From an uncultured bacterium (lineage in GTDB: Bacteria > Chloroflexota > UBA5177 > JANWHV01), in assembly GCA_963827235.1 (NCBI GenBank), contig CAWHAE010000012.1:1120001-1184000 (forward strand): a stretch of 64,000 bases of DNA. The letters are read 5' to 3'. Position numbers and translations under genes: made by a program. The notes under the pieces were generated by a model. It saw only the letters and a program-made list of their open reading frames with translations. It was not told the DNA's origin and searched no databases. Below are positions 1-10,634 of the stretch, piece after piece (position 1 is the stretch's first letter; every line of letters starts with the position of its first letter).

Positions 1-3000
1 GTAACGCCGCCCGTCGAGCCGGAGGCGTGGGCATATCTCGCACCGGAGCAGACCGGGCAGCTTCAGCGGGTGATAGACGAACGCTCGGACCTCTATGCCG
101 CGGGCGTCATGATGTACCAGCTTTTCACCGGCGAACTACCGTTCAGCGCCAGCGATCCGCTGGAGTGGGCGCACTGCCATGTCGCCCTCGAACCGCGCTC
201 GCCGATTGAGCTGGATCCGGTCTTCCCGCCGGCGCTCGCCGCCGTCGTGCTGCGGCTTCTTGCCAAGCAGGCGGACGACCGTTACCAGAGCGCTCGCGGT
301 CTGGAGCGGGATCTCGAGCACTGCCTGCTGCAGTGGGAGGAACACCAAGCTATCGCGCCGTTTCCCCTGGGCAGGAGTGACGCAACCGAGCGCTTCCAGC
401 TGCTGCGACGCTTTTACGGCCGCACGACCGAGCTGGCAACTCTCATGGACATCTTCGAACGCATGGCCACGACCGGCGTACCATCGTGGGCCCTGGTCAC
501 CGGGCCTGCAGGTATCGGCAAGACGTCACTAGTACAGGAAGCGCACCGCCGGGTCGCGCGCCGGCACGGTTACTTCGCCGCCGGCAAGTTCGAGCAGTAT
601 CGCGGTGAGCTGCCCTACGCCAGCATTGCGCAAGCCTTTCGCGACCTCATCCGGCAACTGCTGGGTGAAGCCACTGAGCAGATAGAAGCCTGGCGGAACC
701 GGTTCCAGGAGGCGCTTGGGCCTAGCGGCCGCCTGATCACCGACATCGTGCCGCAGCTCGAGCTGATCATCGGGCCACAGCCCGAGCTACCGCCGCTGCC
801 GCCGATCGAGGCACGTCACCGCTTCCACTACGTCTTCCGGCAGTTCGTCGAGGTGGTGGCAAGTTCGGAACACCCACTGGTGATGTTCCTGGACGACCTG
901 CAGTGGGCCGACGCCGGCACTCTGGCGTTGATAGAGGACCTGCTGACCTTTCCGGAAACACATTATGTCTTGTTCATCGGCTCCTATCGCGAACAGCTCG
1001 TCCACGGCTCGCATCCCCTCGTCGAGACGATAGCGGCGGTCAAGGCCGTGCTCCAGCCGCTGCAAATTCATCTTGGCCCACTCGACGACACGTCGCTGCA
1101 GCAACTGGTGGCCGATACGCTGCGGGCCGAGCCCATGAGCATCGCCGGCCTCGCGGCGCTCGTACAACGCCAAACAGAAGGCAACCCGTTCTTCGTCATG
1201 CAGTTCCTGCGCGCACTGCAACACGATGGTCTGATCAACTTCGACATGCAGCAGGGCTGCTGGCGCTGGAGCACGGCGCGCATCGAGAGCGCGCACGTAG
1301 CCGACGACGTTGTCGAGCTGCTGGTCGACACGATCAGGGGCCTCACACCCGCCGCTCGCGCGGTGCTGGCGGTCGCCTCGTGCATCGGTAGCCAGTTCGA
1401 CACAGGCACCTTGGCTGCCGTCGCCGGTTCTACACTCGAGAGCATCGCCGGCGAGCTGCAACCGGCCGTCGACCTTGGACTGCTCCTCCCACTAGGGCGG
1501 CCAGGCCCGACCCATGAGAGGGCGCCGGCACCGCCGGCAACCGGTCCACGGGACGAATACCGCTGGCTGCACGACCGCGTGCAGCAGGCCGCGTACTCGC
1601 TCATTCCACAGGCTGAGCTCCCGGTACTCCACCTGCAAATCGGACGAGCCCTGATGAATCGAGCACAGATCGCGGAGGGAGGAGCGACGCTGTTTGAGGT
1701 CGTGAGCCACCTGAACGCGGGAGCCGGCCTCATCGAGGACGAAGCCGAAAGCGTGCAGTTGGCGGAGCTCAATCGCGCGGCCGGCGAACAGGCCGCTGCG
1801 GCCAACGCCTACGCCTCGGCCGTCTCGTACTATTCCACCGGCATGACACTGCTTCCGGCAGGGAGTTGGGACGAGCAGTATACGCTGACGTTCGACCTGT
1901 ACCGGGGTCGCGCCGAGTGCGCCTATCTGAGCGGCGACTTCGCGGCCACGGAGCAGTACTCTCAGCAGGCGCTGCAGCACGCCCGGGACAATGCAGACAG
2001 GGTCAGGCTGTATATGCTCAAGATCGACCTGTACACGACCTCGGGCCAGGAGGCGAACGCGCTCGCCGCGGGAGTAGAATGCCTCCACGAGCTGGGGATC
2101 GATTTCCCGGCCGCACCCTCCGCGGAGCGTGTCGCGGCCGAGGAGCGGCTTGTGTGGACGCTGCTCGGCGATAAACCCATCGAGTCTTTGCTGGACCTCC
2201 CGCCCATCGAAAGCGTGGACGTCTCGGCGGCACTCGATATCCTTGCCGTCATGCATCCGCCTGCCCACTTTGCCGACCAACGTCTGTACGAGATCATCCC
2301 CTCATTCATGACCACGCTCACGCAGCGCTTTGGCACAGCTCCTTCCTCTGCCATCGGATACGCCATGTTTGGCGCGGTGATCGGCCATCTACGCGGCAGG
2401 TACCAGGAAGCCTACAGGTTCGGCAAGCTGGCGTGCAATCTAATCGATCGCGTGCCGAACCCTTCCTTTCGAGCCAGGGTCTATCTCCCCATGGGCCACT
2501 TCATCAACCCCTACGCCCGGTCGTTCGCCTCGTCGGTTCCATACCTGGACCAGTGTTTCAAGTCGGCCATGCAAGCCGGCAACTTGACGTTCTCGTGCTA
2601 CGCGCTGTTCGCACGCCTGTCGCTGGTGCTGATGAACGGCGACCATCTGGACGACGTGTACCAGCACGCCGTGCGATGCCTCGATTTCACTCGCCAGGCG
2701 AGATTTGGCTTGATCACCGACGGCTCTGCCGGCCTGGAACGCCTGGTGCAGGATCTGCGCGGCAACACTGCCCGTCCCGGATCCTTCTCCGGCCCGCTCT
2801 TCGACGAAGATGCCGTCATGGCGCGCATGCGCGGCGGCGCAGCGTTCAGTTGCTGCTACTATCTGCTGCGGAGGCTCCAGTCGCACTACCTGTATGGGGA
2901 CTTCGCTGCCGCGTTGGCGCTGCTGGATGAGGCGACGCCGTACCTGCATGTCGTCACCGCCGAGCTCGCGTCCGCCGAGTACTGCTTCTACGGCGCACTT

Positions 3001-4995
3001 ACCCTGGCCGCCGCCTACGAAGAGGCGCCGGTGCGGCAAAGTGAGATCAAGGAACGCCTATCGGCGCACCAGGCGCGACTCCGCGCCTGCACGGACAGCG
3101 CTTCAGGCAACTTCGAGAACCAGCTCGACCTCGTCAGCGCCGAGGTCGCACGCATTGAGGGCAGGGATCTCGAGGCCATGCGCCTCTTCGACGCGGCGAT
3201 CAGGTCCGCCCGCGACAACGGATTCGTGCAGCAGGAAGCGATTGCCGGCGAGGTCGCCGCGAGGTTCTACGCCCGGCGCGGATTCGTCGACATTGCCGAG
3301 CTGCTTCTCCGGCAGTCGCGCGCTTGCTACGGGCGCTGGGGCGCCAACGGCAAGGTGCGGCAGCTCGATACTCTCTACCCCCAGCTGGCGACCGACCCAG
3401 TGCCGCCCTCTGCCTTGTCGCAGGCGGAGTCGCAGCAGCTCGACGTACTGGCGCTCGTCAAGTCCCTGCAAGCAATCTCCGGGCAGATCGATATCGACCA
3501 CCTGCTCGACACTTTGATGCGCGTGCTGATGGAAAGCGCCGGCGCGCAGAAGGGCTACCTGTGGTTCGCGCACGTGGATGGCGCTGCGCTCGTGGCGGAG
3601 ACCCGCGGCGGCAGGCAAGGGCTGCATGTGCGCCGTGTGCTGCAAGCCGCGGAGGCACCGGTCCCGGCATCGGTGCTCAACTACGTCCGGCGCAGCCGCG
3701 AGGTCGTGATGCTCTCGGATGCGACGGCGCCAAACCCCTTCTCCGAGGATGCCTATTTGGCGCAGCGCAAGCCGAAATCGTTGCTCTGTTTGCCCATTCT
3801 ACACCAGGCCGAGCTCGTGGGTTTGCTCTACCTCGAGAACAACCTGTCCACGCAGTCGTTCACGCCGCAGCGCCTGACCGTGATCGGGTTGCTCGCCGCG
3901 CAGGCCGGCGTCTCCCTGGAGAATGCCCGGCTGTACGCGGCAGTGCGGGCCAGTGAGGCACATCTGCGCGCGGTGCTGCAGAGCGCGCCGATCCTGCTCT
4001 TTGGCGTGGACGGCAGAGGTCGGTTCACACTCGTGGCGGGCGGCAACTCAACGCTGTTGGGCGTGCAGGCCGAGGAGCTTGCCGACAGGCCGATTGCCGA
4101 CGCCTTCTCACATCGGGCGGACCTGCTGAGCCACTACTACCGCGCGGCGGGCGGAGAAGCACACACGGCGACCATCGAATCAGGCAGCGCCAGCGTGGAG
4201 ATGCATTGGACGCCACAGCGCGCCGCGAACGGCTCGATAGCAGGCGTGATTTGCGTCGCCGTGGACGTCACCGACCGCGTAGCCGCACAGCGCGCCGCGG
4301 AGACACTTGCCGGCCTGCGCAGCGACTTCGTCGCCTCGGTCAGCCACGAGCTGCGCACGCCGCTCACCGCGATCATCGGCTACGGAGAGCTATTACAGGC
4401 GCGGTGGGTAGCCTTTAGCGAAGAACGAAAGCAGGAGCACCTCGCGCGCATTCTCTCCTCGGCAAACCGGCAGAAACGACTGGTAGACGACCTTCTCTTA
4501 CTCGGCCGGATGGAGCTCGGGCACATGAACACGAGGATGGAGCGTGTCTCGGTGGCCCCCACCATTGGGCGCGCTGCCGACGAGGTGCGCAACACGTACC
4601 GCGGCCAGATCATCGATCTGGCCGGCCCGGCCGATCTCGTCGCCCTGGCGGACGGCGAGCGCATGGTGCAGATCCTGGCTAACTTGCTCGACAACGCGGC
4701 CAAGTACTCGGAGGAGGGCAGCCGCGTCTCCGCCACGTGGGCCCGGGAGGGCAACCACGTGGTAGTGCGCGTGCACGACCAGGGCAGCGGCATCCCGCCG
4801 AGCGGGCAGGAGATTCTGTTCACGCGTTTCGGGCGCGTTCCGGGCAGCCGTACGCGGGCCGGGCGCGTGGGCACGGGGCTGGGCCTCTTCCTCAGCCGCC
4901 AGATCGCCGAAGCCATGGGTGGCACCTTGAACCTGGAAGACACCGGGCCTACCGGCAGCACGTTCTGCCTTCGCCTGCCACTGGCCTCGAGCTGA
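1..4995 (+). CDS. Ser/Thr kinase - AAA ATPase - GAF - PAS - histidine kinase hybrid sensor (HstK-like), 5'-truncated by window edge
   Basis: Frame open from base 1 (AYLAPEQTG...DERSDLY, kinase subdomains VIII-IX). Walker A GPAGIGKT, Walker B MFLDDLQW, GAF region (SLLCLPIL...GLLYLEN), H-box SHELRTPL, N-box NLLDNAAKY, G-boxes DQGSGI and GTGLGL. Confidence 0.93.
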   Translation, partial: VTPPVEPEAWAYLAPEQTGQLQRVIDERSDLYAAGVMMYQLFTGELPFSASDPLEWAHCHVALEPRSPIELDPVFPPALAAVVLRLLAKQADDRYQSARGLERDLEHCLLQWEEHQAIAPFPLGRSDATERFQLLRRFYGRTTELATLMDIFERMATTGVPSWALVTGPAGIGKTSLVQEAHRRVARRHGYFAAGKFEQYRGELPYASIAQAFRDLIRQLLGEATEQIEAWRNRFQEALGPSGRLITDIVPQLELIIGPQPELPPLPPIEARHRFHYVFRQFVEVVASSEHPLVMFLDDLQWADAGTLALIEDLLTFPETHYVLFIGSYREQLVHGSHPLVETIAAVKAVLQPLQIHLGPLDDTSLQQLVADTLRAEPMSIAGLAALVQRQTEGNPFFVMQFLRALQHDGLINFDMQQGCWRWSTARIESAHVADDVVELLVDTIRGLTPAARAVLAVASCIGSQFDTGTLAAVAGSTLESIAGELQPAVDLGLLLPLGRPGPTHERAPAPPATGPRDEYRWLHDRVQQAAYSLIPQAELPVLHLQIGRALMNRAQIAEGGATLFEVVSHLNAGAGLIEDEAESVQLAELNRAAGEQAAAANAYASAVSYYSTGMTLLPAGSWDEQYTLTFDLYRGRAECAYLSGDFAATEQYSQQALQHARDNADRVRLYMLKIDLYTTSGQEANALAAGVECLHELGIDFPAAPSAERVAAEERLVWTLLGDKPIESLLDLPPIESVDVSAALDILAVMHPPAHFADQRLYEIIPSFMTTLTQRFGTAPSSAIGYAMFGAVIGHLRGRYQEAYRFGKLACNLIDRVPNPSFRARVYLPMGHFINPYARSFASSVPYLDQCFKSAMQAGNLTFSCYALFARLSLVLMNGDHLDDVYQHAVRCLDFTRQARFGLITDGSAGLERLVQDLRGNTARPGSFSGPLFDEDAVMARMRGGAAFSCCYYLLRRLQSHYLYGDFAAALALLDEATPYLHVVTAELASAEYCFYGALTLAAAYEEAPVRQSEIKERLSAHQARLRACTDSASGNFENQLDLVSAEVARIEGRDLEAMRLFDAAIRSARDNGFVQQEAIAGEVAARFYARRGFVDIAELLLRQSRACYGRWGANGKVRQLDTLYPQLATDPVPPSALSQAESQQLDVLALVKSLQAISGQIDIDHLLDTLMRVLMESAGAQKGYLWFAHVDGAALVAETRGGRQGLHVRRVLQAAEAPVPASVLNYVRRSREVVMLSDATAPNPFSEDAYLAQRKPKSLLCLPILHQAELVGLLYLENNLSTQSFTPQRLTVIGLLAAQAGVSLENARLYAAVRASEAHLRAVLQSAPILLFGVDGRGRFTLVAGGNSTLLGVQAEELADRPIADAFSHRADLLSHYYRAAGGEAHTATIESGSASVEMHWTPQRAANGSIAGVICVAVDVTDRVAAQRAAETLAGLRSDFVASVSHELRTPLTAIIGYGELLQARWVAFSEERKQEHLARILSSANRQKRLVDDLLLLGRMELGHMNTRMERVSVAPTIGRAADEVRNTYRGQIIDLAGPADLVALADGERMVQILANLLDNAAKYSEEGSRVSATWAREGNHVVVRVHDQGSGIPPSGQEILFTRFGRVPGSRTRAGRVGTGLGLFLSRQIAEAMGGTLNLEDTGPTGSTFCLRLPLASS

Positions 4996-5038
4996 GGCCA
5001 GCGGCGGACGCGCTTGCAGCGATGAGAGCGGGCTCGCA

Positions 5039-5200
5039 TCAGCAGTAGACGACGAGGCCGGGAAACTGGGCCATCATGGCGTCGCCGCTGAGCAGCGGCA
5101 GGCCTCCGACGATGGCCTGCGCCGCCAGAAGGCGGTCAAGAGGATCGCGATGCTGTACCGTGAATTGCCCCGCCAGCAGTGCATGCATAACGGCCCGTGC
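5039..5200 (-). pseudogene. C-terminal fragment of a PIN/VapC-type toxin
   Basis: QHRDPLDRLLAAQAIVGGLPLLSGDAMMAQFPG matches the HRDPFDRLLIAQA...L.T.D tail of VapC PIN proteins. No N-terminal DT motif or antitoxin visible. Confidence 0.6.
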
Positions 5201-5385
5201 CGTCTGTCGCGGCACCAACGGCCGCGCGTGGTCCGTGAAGCCGGTCGCCTCACTGCCGGCCGGCAAATCGCAGGCAGACGCGCTCACCGTATCGCGCGGA
5301 ACAACCCGCGGGGTCGATGGCCGCCGGTGCGCTACGATGTGATCGGTGGAGTCACCACCAGCAGAGTATAGAAGGAGTGCACACG

Positions 5386-5811
5386 ATGGCCAATCCCCTG
5401 CCCGACCCCAGCACGCCCTTCGGCAGCCGCGTGGCCAGCCGCCTGCGCGAAGACCACGTGATCTGGCTTGCAGCAGTGGACGCGACCGGCTCGCCGCAGC
5501 TCAACCCGGTGTGGTTCTACTGGGACGGCGAGGCGTTTCTGGTGTTCAACCGGCCCGGCGCCAAGCGCCTCAAGCATATCGAGAAGAACCCCAAGGTCGC
5601 TCTGCACTTCAACTCGGACAACGGCGGCGCCGACGTCGTCATCTTCGCCGGCGAGGCGCACGCGCACACGGGCTGGTCTGCCGACGCGGTGGCTGCTTAT
5701 CGCGAGAAGTACCTCGCCGAGATCCCGTCGATCGGTCACACGTGGGAGTCGCTGCAGGCGGAGTACTCGGTCGCGCTGCGCATTACCGTTACCAGGACAC
5801 GCGGCTTCTAG
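5386..5811 (+). CDS. PPOX-class F420-dependent oxidoreductase (Rv3369-like)
   Basis: RBS GAAGGAG upstream; IWLAAV...PQLNPVWFYWDG...KRLKHIEKNPKVALHFNSD. Confidence 0.88.
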   Translation: MANPLPDPSTPFGSRVASRLREDHVIWLAAVDATGSPQLNPVWFYWDGEAFLVFNRPGAKRLKHIEKNPKVALHFNSDNGGADVVIFAGEAHAHTGWSADAVAAYREKYLAEIPSIGHTWESLQAEYSVALRITVTRTRGF

Positions 5812-5932
5812 CGCCCGTCCAAGACTGCGAGGGCGACCGGCCAGCAGTGCCTGGTGGCTGCCGCTTGCGCTCTCCGCACGGTCGGTGGATAGTCTGCCGA
5901 CCGTGCGGAGACGCCGGCCGCGGACGGATGAC

Positions 5933-7258
5933 CTACCGGCTGCTCAAGATCTCGTCCGCCGCGCGGCTGCCGGTAGCCATCGCACCGTGCACGGTGCCGG
6001 TATGTCCGTCGGAGACCGTAGCCTCGCCGGCGAAGAAGAGCGTGCCGGACAGTGGTGCTCCAAGCTGCCGGGGAGCATCCAGTCCGCCGGCGCGCACGTA
6101 GCTGTAGGCCCCCCGTGAGAACGGATCGGCGCTCCAGTTGTGCAGGTGACGGCTCTCCAGGGCGGACTCGAGCTCGCCGGCGGGCAGTCCCAGGATACGG
6201 GCCAGCGTCTCGACTGCCTGAGCGGAGATGGACAAGTCCGTCCCAGTCCCGAGCGAGTCGGCACGGGGCCCGGCCACCCAGCCGGCCAGCAGCGGAGAGA
6301 CGAGCGGATAACTGGTCCACCAGGTGCGAAAGACCTCGGCGGGCGCGTAGAGAAACGACAGCCCTGGCAGACGAGGACCGGCGCGTCCGGGCTCGTCCCA
6401 AAACGGCTCGCGAAACCGCAACAGCACCTTGACCGCGTGGCCCATGGCGATGGCCTCGTACGCCGGCAGCTTGACTTGCAGCTCGGGTACGAAGCGCACC
6501 GCGCCGCCGGCGCGCGGATCGGCGGTCAGCACTCCGAGGGGAAGCGTTATCACCGCCGCTCGGGCCGTGACCGGTTCGAGCGTTGCCCCGGAGGGTGAGT
6601 GACTGGCGATCCGGACCCTTCCCCGTGACCACTCTACTTCATGCACGATCGTGTTCAGGCGCACCAACGCCCGGTCCGGGGGCAGGCCGTCGCCAAGCCG
6701 CGCAATCAGCCGACCGTAGCCGCCGGATAGTCGAAACTGCCGGTGACCGTCGATCTGCCCGGCTGCCTTCTCGGTCTGCGCGAGCCACTCTGTGCTGACA
6801 CTGTGAGTGTCGGCAGCGTCGAAGCCCTCCACGTAGTCTTCGATCGCGCGGCGGGCAGCGACCTCTCGTCCCTCGGGGAAGCGCGCGTCGAGCAAGGATG
6901 CCAGCGTGCTATCCGCGCCCTGCCGCACGGAGACCTCTTCCCGCACGCGGTTCTTCCCAGCGCCCTTGCCGTCGTCCTCCCGAAATTGCCCGTCCTCCGA
7001 GATCCACCTCGTTCCTTGAATCTCGTACAATCCAAGCTCGTGCCCGGTCGACGAGAAGATCTGTGATGGTCTGCCGTGTACGAACTCGGCACCCAGCTCC
7101 AGAGGAGCGAGCGACCCCGCGTGATGAGTCGTGTAGATGCGCCCACCAAGGCGATCGCGGGCCTCCAGGAGGACGACGGTCCGGCCACGCTCGGTCAGCC
7201 GGCGCGCCGCGGTCAGGCCAGCCGCGCCGCCACCGATCACCGCGACGTCTACGTCCAT
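5933..7258 (-). CDS. Flavin monoamine oxidase family protein
   Basis: DVAVIGGGAAGL, EARDRLGGR, ELGAEFVHG, W..DPFSRGAYSY, LFFAGEAT...GTVHGAMATG. Confidence 0.92.
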   Translation of the reverse strand: MDVDVAVIGGGAAGLTAARRLTERGRTVVLLEARDRLGGRIYTTHHAGSLAPLELGAEFVHGRPSQIFSSTGHELGLYEIQGTRWISEDGQFREDDGKGAGKNRVREEVSVRQGADSTLASLLDARFPEGREVAARRAIEDYVEGFDAADTHSVSTEWLAQTEKAAGQIDGHRQFRLSGGYGRLIARLGDGLPPDRALVRLNTIVHEVEWSRGRVRIASHSPSGATLEPVTARAAVITLPLGVLTADPRAGGAVRFVPELQVKLPAYEAIAMGHAVKVLLRFREPFWDEPGRAGPRLPGLSFLYAPAEVFRTWWTSYPLVSPLLAGWVAGPRADSLGTGTDLSISAQAVETLARILGLPAGELESALESRHLHNWSADPFSRGAYSYVRAGGLDAPRQLGAPLSGTLFFAGEATVSDGHTGTVHGAMATGSRAADEILSSR

Positions 7259-7369
7259 GACATGGTCTCCCCTGCTCTCGGCGTCCGGACCGCGGACCCC
7301 GAAATGTGTCCGCGCCGTGCCGCGAGCGTTCCGCGGGTCTTGTGCCATAGAGAAGCGGGCGCGCTAGTG

Positions 7370-7918
7370 CTATTCCCCATGCCCAGCCTGCACCTCCGAG
7401 CGATCGACGACCATGTAGGCAACGGTGTCCCACGCATTGTGGATACCGACGAACACCAGCAGCACGGTGGCACCGGCGACGACGAACAGGGTCGGGTCCG
7501 CACGGCTCGGAAGGAGCAGAGCCGCCCCGGCAATCGCCACGTATGAGACCGATGGGAGCACCACATGCCAGAACCAGTCTTCCAGCACCGCGCTATAGCT
7601 CGACTGGCGGCGCACCCTTCGCACCACCACCACGACGTACCCCAGCCCTGCCAGCCCGCAGACGCCGAGCATGAAAGCGGCATGCCACAGCACCCGCCAC
7701 GGTGCGCTGAGGATGGCGGCAACCCCCAGCGCGGCACAGAAGTGCACGACCGTTGGAGTACCGAACGCGGCGATACCCTCGCCCGACTCGTGGACCTCAA
7801 TCCTGGCGATCAGCGTGACCACCACGAACTGCAGGCCCGTCAGAGCCGCGGCCGCGGAGCCGATGATCACGTAGTAGTTCGACCATTGGGTAAGCACGGG
7901 CAACGCGGTCTCGAGCAT
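7370..7918 (-). CDS. Conserved hypothetical integral membrane protein (about 5 TM)
   Basis: W.NYYVIIGSAAAALTGLQFVV start and GIHNAWD end, with several hydrophobic helices. Confidence 0.8.
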   Translation of the reverse strand: MLETALPVLTQWSNYYVIIGSAAAALTGLQFVVVTLIARIEVHESGEGIAAFGTPTVVHFCAALGVAAILSAPWRVLWHAAFMLGVCGLAGLGYVVVVVRRVRRQSSYSAVLEDWFWHVVLPSVSYVAIAGAALLLPSRADPTLFVVAGATVLLVFVGIHNAWDTVAYMVVDRSEVQAGHGE

Positions 7919-8296
7919 GTTTGGTCTCTCTCGCCATGGTGTGCCCCCTCCGGGCAGGTCGGGCTGCGCCCCAGGGCTTGCCGGGGTGCGCAGAACCTGC
8001 TGGAGACGGACAGGACACTCGCTCGCTTGCTCAGCGGTGTGTACGTGCAGGGTACATCCGGCCGGCATTAGCCGCGCCCGCCTCTTGCCGTACTCTCGTA
8101 CTTTTCTTAGCGAGCACTTAACTGATTGTCATTTGGCGACCATCATGAGCGCGCATACTGCAGTCAAGATGCTCGACGGGTAGTGCGAGATGCCTGCGAG
8201 GTCACGTGCGGCGTCCGGTTGCTTCAGCCAGGCGCGCGCCACCGGCCCGAGGCGCGACCCGCGGGCGACGACAAGCCGAAGATTCGAGGAGAAGCG

Positions 8297-8626
8297 ATGC
8301 TACCTGCCGCAGCCCACCCTATTGATTCGACCAGAGTTCTGCCGACTGCAGCGCGAGCGTTGCCGGGCGCAAACCACCGCAGGCTGATCGCCGGGGTGGC
8401 CTGTCTGGTGGTGGCCGGCGGCCTGTCGTTCTGGGGCGGCACTACCTACCAGCACAACGTCGATCAGCCCCTGATCACGCAGTATTCGCCCGCATCGTCT
8501 GGGAGCCTGGTGGTGCCGGTCGCCGCCGGTACCGCCAGTGCCAAGAGCTCCTCGCAGTCCGGTACTTCAGGCGCTCCCAGCACGTCCGGTTCCTCCGGCA
8601 CTTCCGGCGCGCCGGCTGCACCGTAG
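8297..8626 (+). CDS. Small single-pass membrane protein with Ser/Gly-rich tail
   Basis: RBS GAGGAG; TM LIAGVACLVVAGGLSFWGG; tail has repeated SGTSGAP. Confidence 0.55.
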   Translation: MLPAAAHPIDSTRVLPTAARALPGANHRRLIAGVACLVVAGGLSFWGGTTYQHNVDQPLITQYSPASSGSLVVPVAAGTASAKSSSQSGTSGAPSTSGSSGTSGAPAAP

Positions 8627-9151
8627 CTGCGGCGCGATCGGATAGCCCGGCGGTCATTTGCCGCCGTACGAGAGAAGCAGAGCTCGGCCGGATCGAGCGA
8701 CACGGCCCGGCCGGGCATGTGCCTGCCACGCCCTATCGAAACGGCTGGCGTCGATAGCGGGCTGATCCGCTGGTTCTTGGATTATGTAGAGTAGAAACCC
8801 CGTGGCATCCGGTGCGTAAAGCCTGTGCTCATCGCTCCGGTCAGTGCGTTCCAGGCGGTGCTCCCTCCGGGCTGCCTTCCCAATTCCGCGAGCCTCCTGG
8901 GCTGCTTCACCGGCGCACGTCGCACGCCGCCTCTTCGGCGCTGAATCCCCGCACGTAGCAGCCGAACGCCCCGGCCGCCAGGCTGCGGAGCGGAGCGCGG
9001 TGCCAGGGAACGCACGTCGTGAATCAGGCCAGGGTGTGCCGTGTCCCGTGCAGCGAACCGCTTCGCGTGCCGCTGCCGTATACTGCTTGCAAAGCCACCA
9101 TTACGGTGGAGGGCAGCCCGTCATCGGAAAGTGACACACCCGTGCTGAGAC

Positions 9152-10600
9152 TTGCCCGTTATGTCCGCTCCCGACGGTAGCCGAATGTCCGGCGCCGCGC
9201 AGGCCACGCCCATATTCGCCGCTCCCCTGCTGCGACTCAGCTCCAACGCTATGCGCCTGGAGCTCAACGTCACCGCGCCGCTCCTGCGCATGACGCGTCC
9301 CGACATCATGGCCGTGGTCAGGACCGAATGCGCCCAGCTCGGTATCGTGATCGAACCCACGTTCGAACAGCTCTCCACCTGCCTGATGGCGGCCCAGCTC
9401 GATCATTGGGCGGTATTGCTCGTGGGCACCGACCCGGTCGCGTCAATCGATAGCTACGTGGAGCTGCTGGTCAAGGTCGCCGTGAGCACGGCTATCACGA
9501 CGGGCCGGGTAGCGGTGCGCGCCGGTACCCCGTTGGCTCGGCTGCATCCGGGCGTACCGGGCACGCCTGGCAGCACGCTCACTGGAACCATGCTGCCCGT
9601 GCGGCCGCCGAAATCGGCACGGCTTCCGCACGGCGCAAATACCAGCATCGAAGCCGACGGCTGCACGCTGTTGGCGAGCTGCGACGGCGAGGTCGTGCTG
9701 CGCGGTCTGCACATCGAGGTTGTTCCCATGCAGGTATACGACGGCGACCTTCCGCCCGGCAGCAGCGTGAGCAGCGAGCTGCCTATCTTCATCGGCGGAT
9801 CGGTCACTGAGGGCTGCATGATTGATGCCACCGAGGAGATCTTCGTCCAGGGCGACGTGATTGAATCACAGCTGCGCAGCCGCGCTTCTCGTGTCACGGT
9901 CCTGGGCGCCGTGAGCGGCTCCGCGCAGCACTTCTGCCAGATCGAAGCGAAAACCGAGATCGCCATCCACCATGCCCGCCTGGCTCGCTTCATAGCCGGC
10001 AGTCACATACAGCTTCAGAGCACGGCCTGGCAGTGTTCGATCGAGACGCAGGGCAATCTCTACCTGCAGCAGAGCATAGAGGAGAGCTTGCAGAACACGC
10101 GGGCAACCGTCGACGGCGCCGTCGTGCCGCTGATCGAGTCACGCCCCTACACGCGCGAGCCCGTGTTCGACCGCCAGCACGTGCGCGCCCCGTGTACGGT
10201 GCCTGCTTCCGTGGCCCTGCACGACCCCACCGGCCGCATCACCTTCCACCGCTGCGTGATCCTGGACATCAGTGCGGGTGGCGCCCGCTGCTGGCTGCAG
10301 GACGACGAGTTTCGTCCCGCACGCGGCGCCGTGCTGCAGCTCAAGGCCACGCTGCCGGAGAGCTCGTACCAACTGCTCGCCCTCGCCCGCGTCGTGTGGG
10401 TCTACCGGGCGACGACGATCGGCCTGTGCTTCCTGCAGATCTCTCAAGACACCCAGGAGCGCCTGACCATGTTCTGCTTGCGTGCCCTCCGCGTCCTGCC
10501 GAGCACGCAGGTCGCCACCCGGGAGCAGCGCGGATCCGGGCACCACAACCGCAAGCCGCGGGAGCCGGGACAGGGACGGTCCGACACACCCGCTGAGTAG
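9152..10600 (+). CDS. FapA/DUF342-like protein with C-terminal PilZ domain
   Basis: DUF342-like segments (LASCDGEV, IFIGGSVTEGCMIDATEEIFVQGDV). PilZ motifs RQHVR (RxxxR) and DISAGG (DxSxxG). Start codon uncertain. Confidence 0.7.
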   Translation: MPVMSAPDGSRMSGAAQATPIFAAPLLRLSSNAMRLELNVTAPLLRMTRPDIMAVVRTECAQLGIVIEPTFEQLSTCLMAAQLDHWAVLLVGTDPVASIDSYVELLVKVAVSTAITTGRVAVRAGTPLARLHPGVPGTPGSTLTGTMLPVRPPKSARLPHGANTSIEADGCTLLASCDGEVVLRGLHIEVVPMQVYDGDLPPGSSVSSELPIFIGGSVTEGCMIDATEEIFVQGDVIESQLRSRASRVTVLGAVSGSAQHFCQIEAKTEIAIHHARLARFIAGSHIQLQSTAWQCSIETQGNLYLQQSIEESLQNTRATVDGAVVPLIESRPYTREPVFDRQHVRAPCTVPASVALHDPTGRITFHRCVILDISAGGARCWLQDDEFRPARGAVLQLKATLPESSYQLLALARVVWVYRATTIGLCFLQISQDTQERLTMFCLRALRVLPSTQVATREQRGSGHHNRKPREPGQGRSDTPAE

Positions 10601-10634
10601 GCGAGCCGGCGCGTGACCGCCGGCGCGCAGGCAC

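Noticed and set aside
1-4995. Hybrid Ser/Thr-His kinase as a novel system
   Set aside because: This is a well-known architecture (HstK/Pkn-type kinases).
8126-8160. Further copies of the shared promoter (GCGCATACT at ~8151; similar at ~32247 and ~58541)
   Set aside because: No TTGACA-like hexamer at 16-18 bp spacing; the 32247 hit is inside a CDS.
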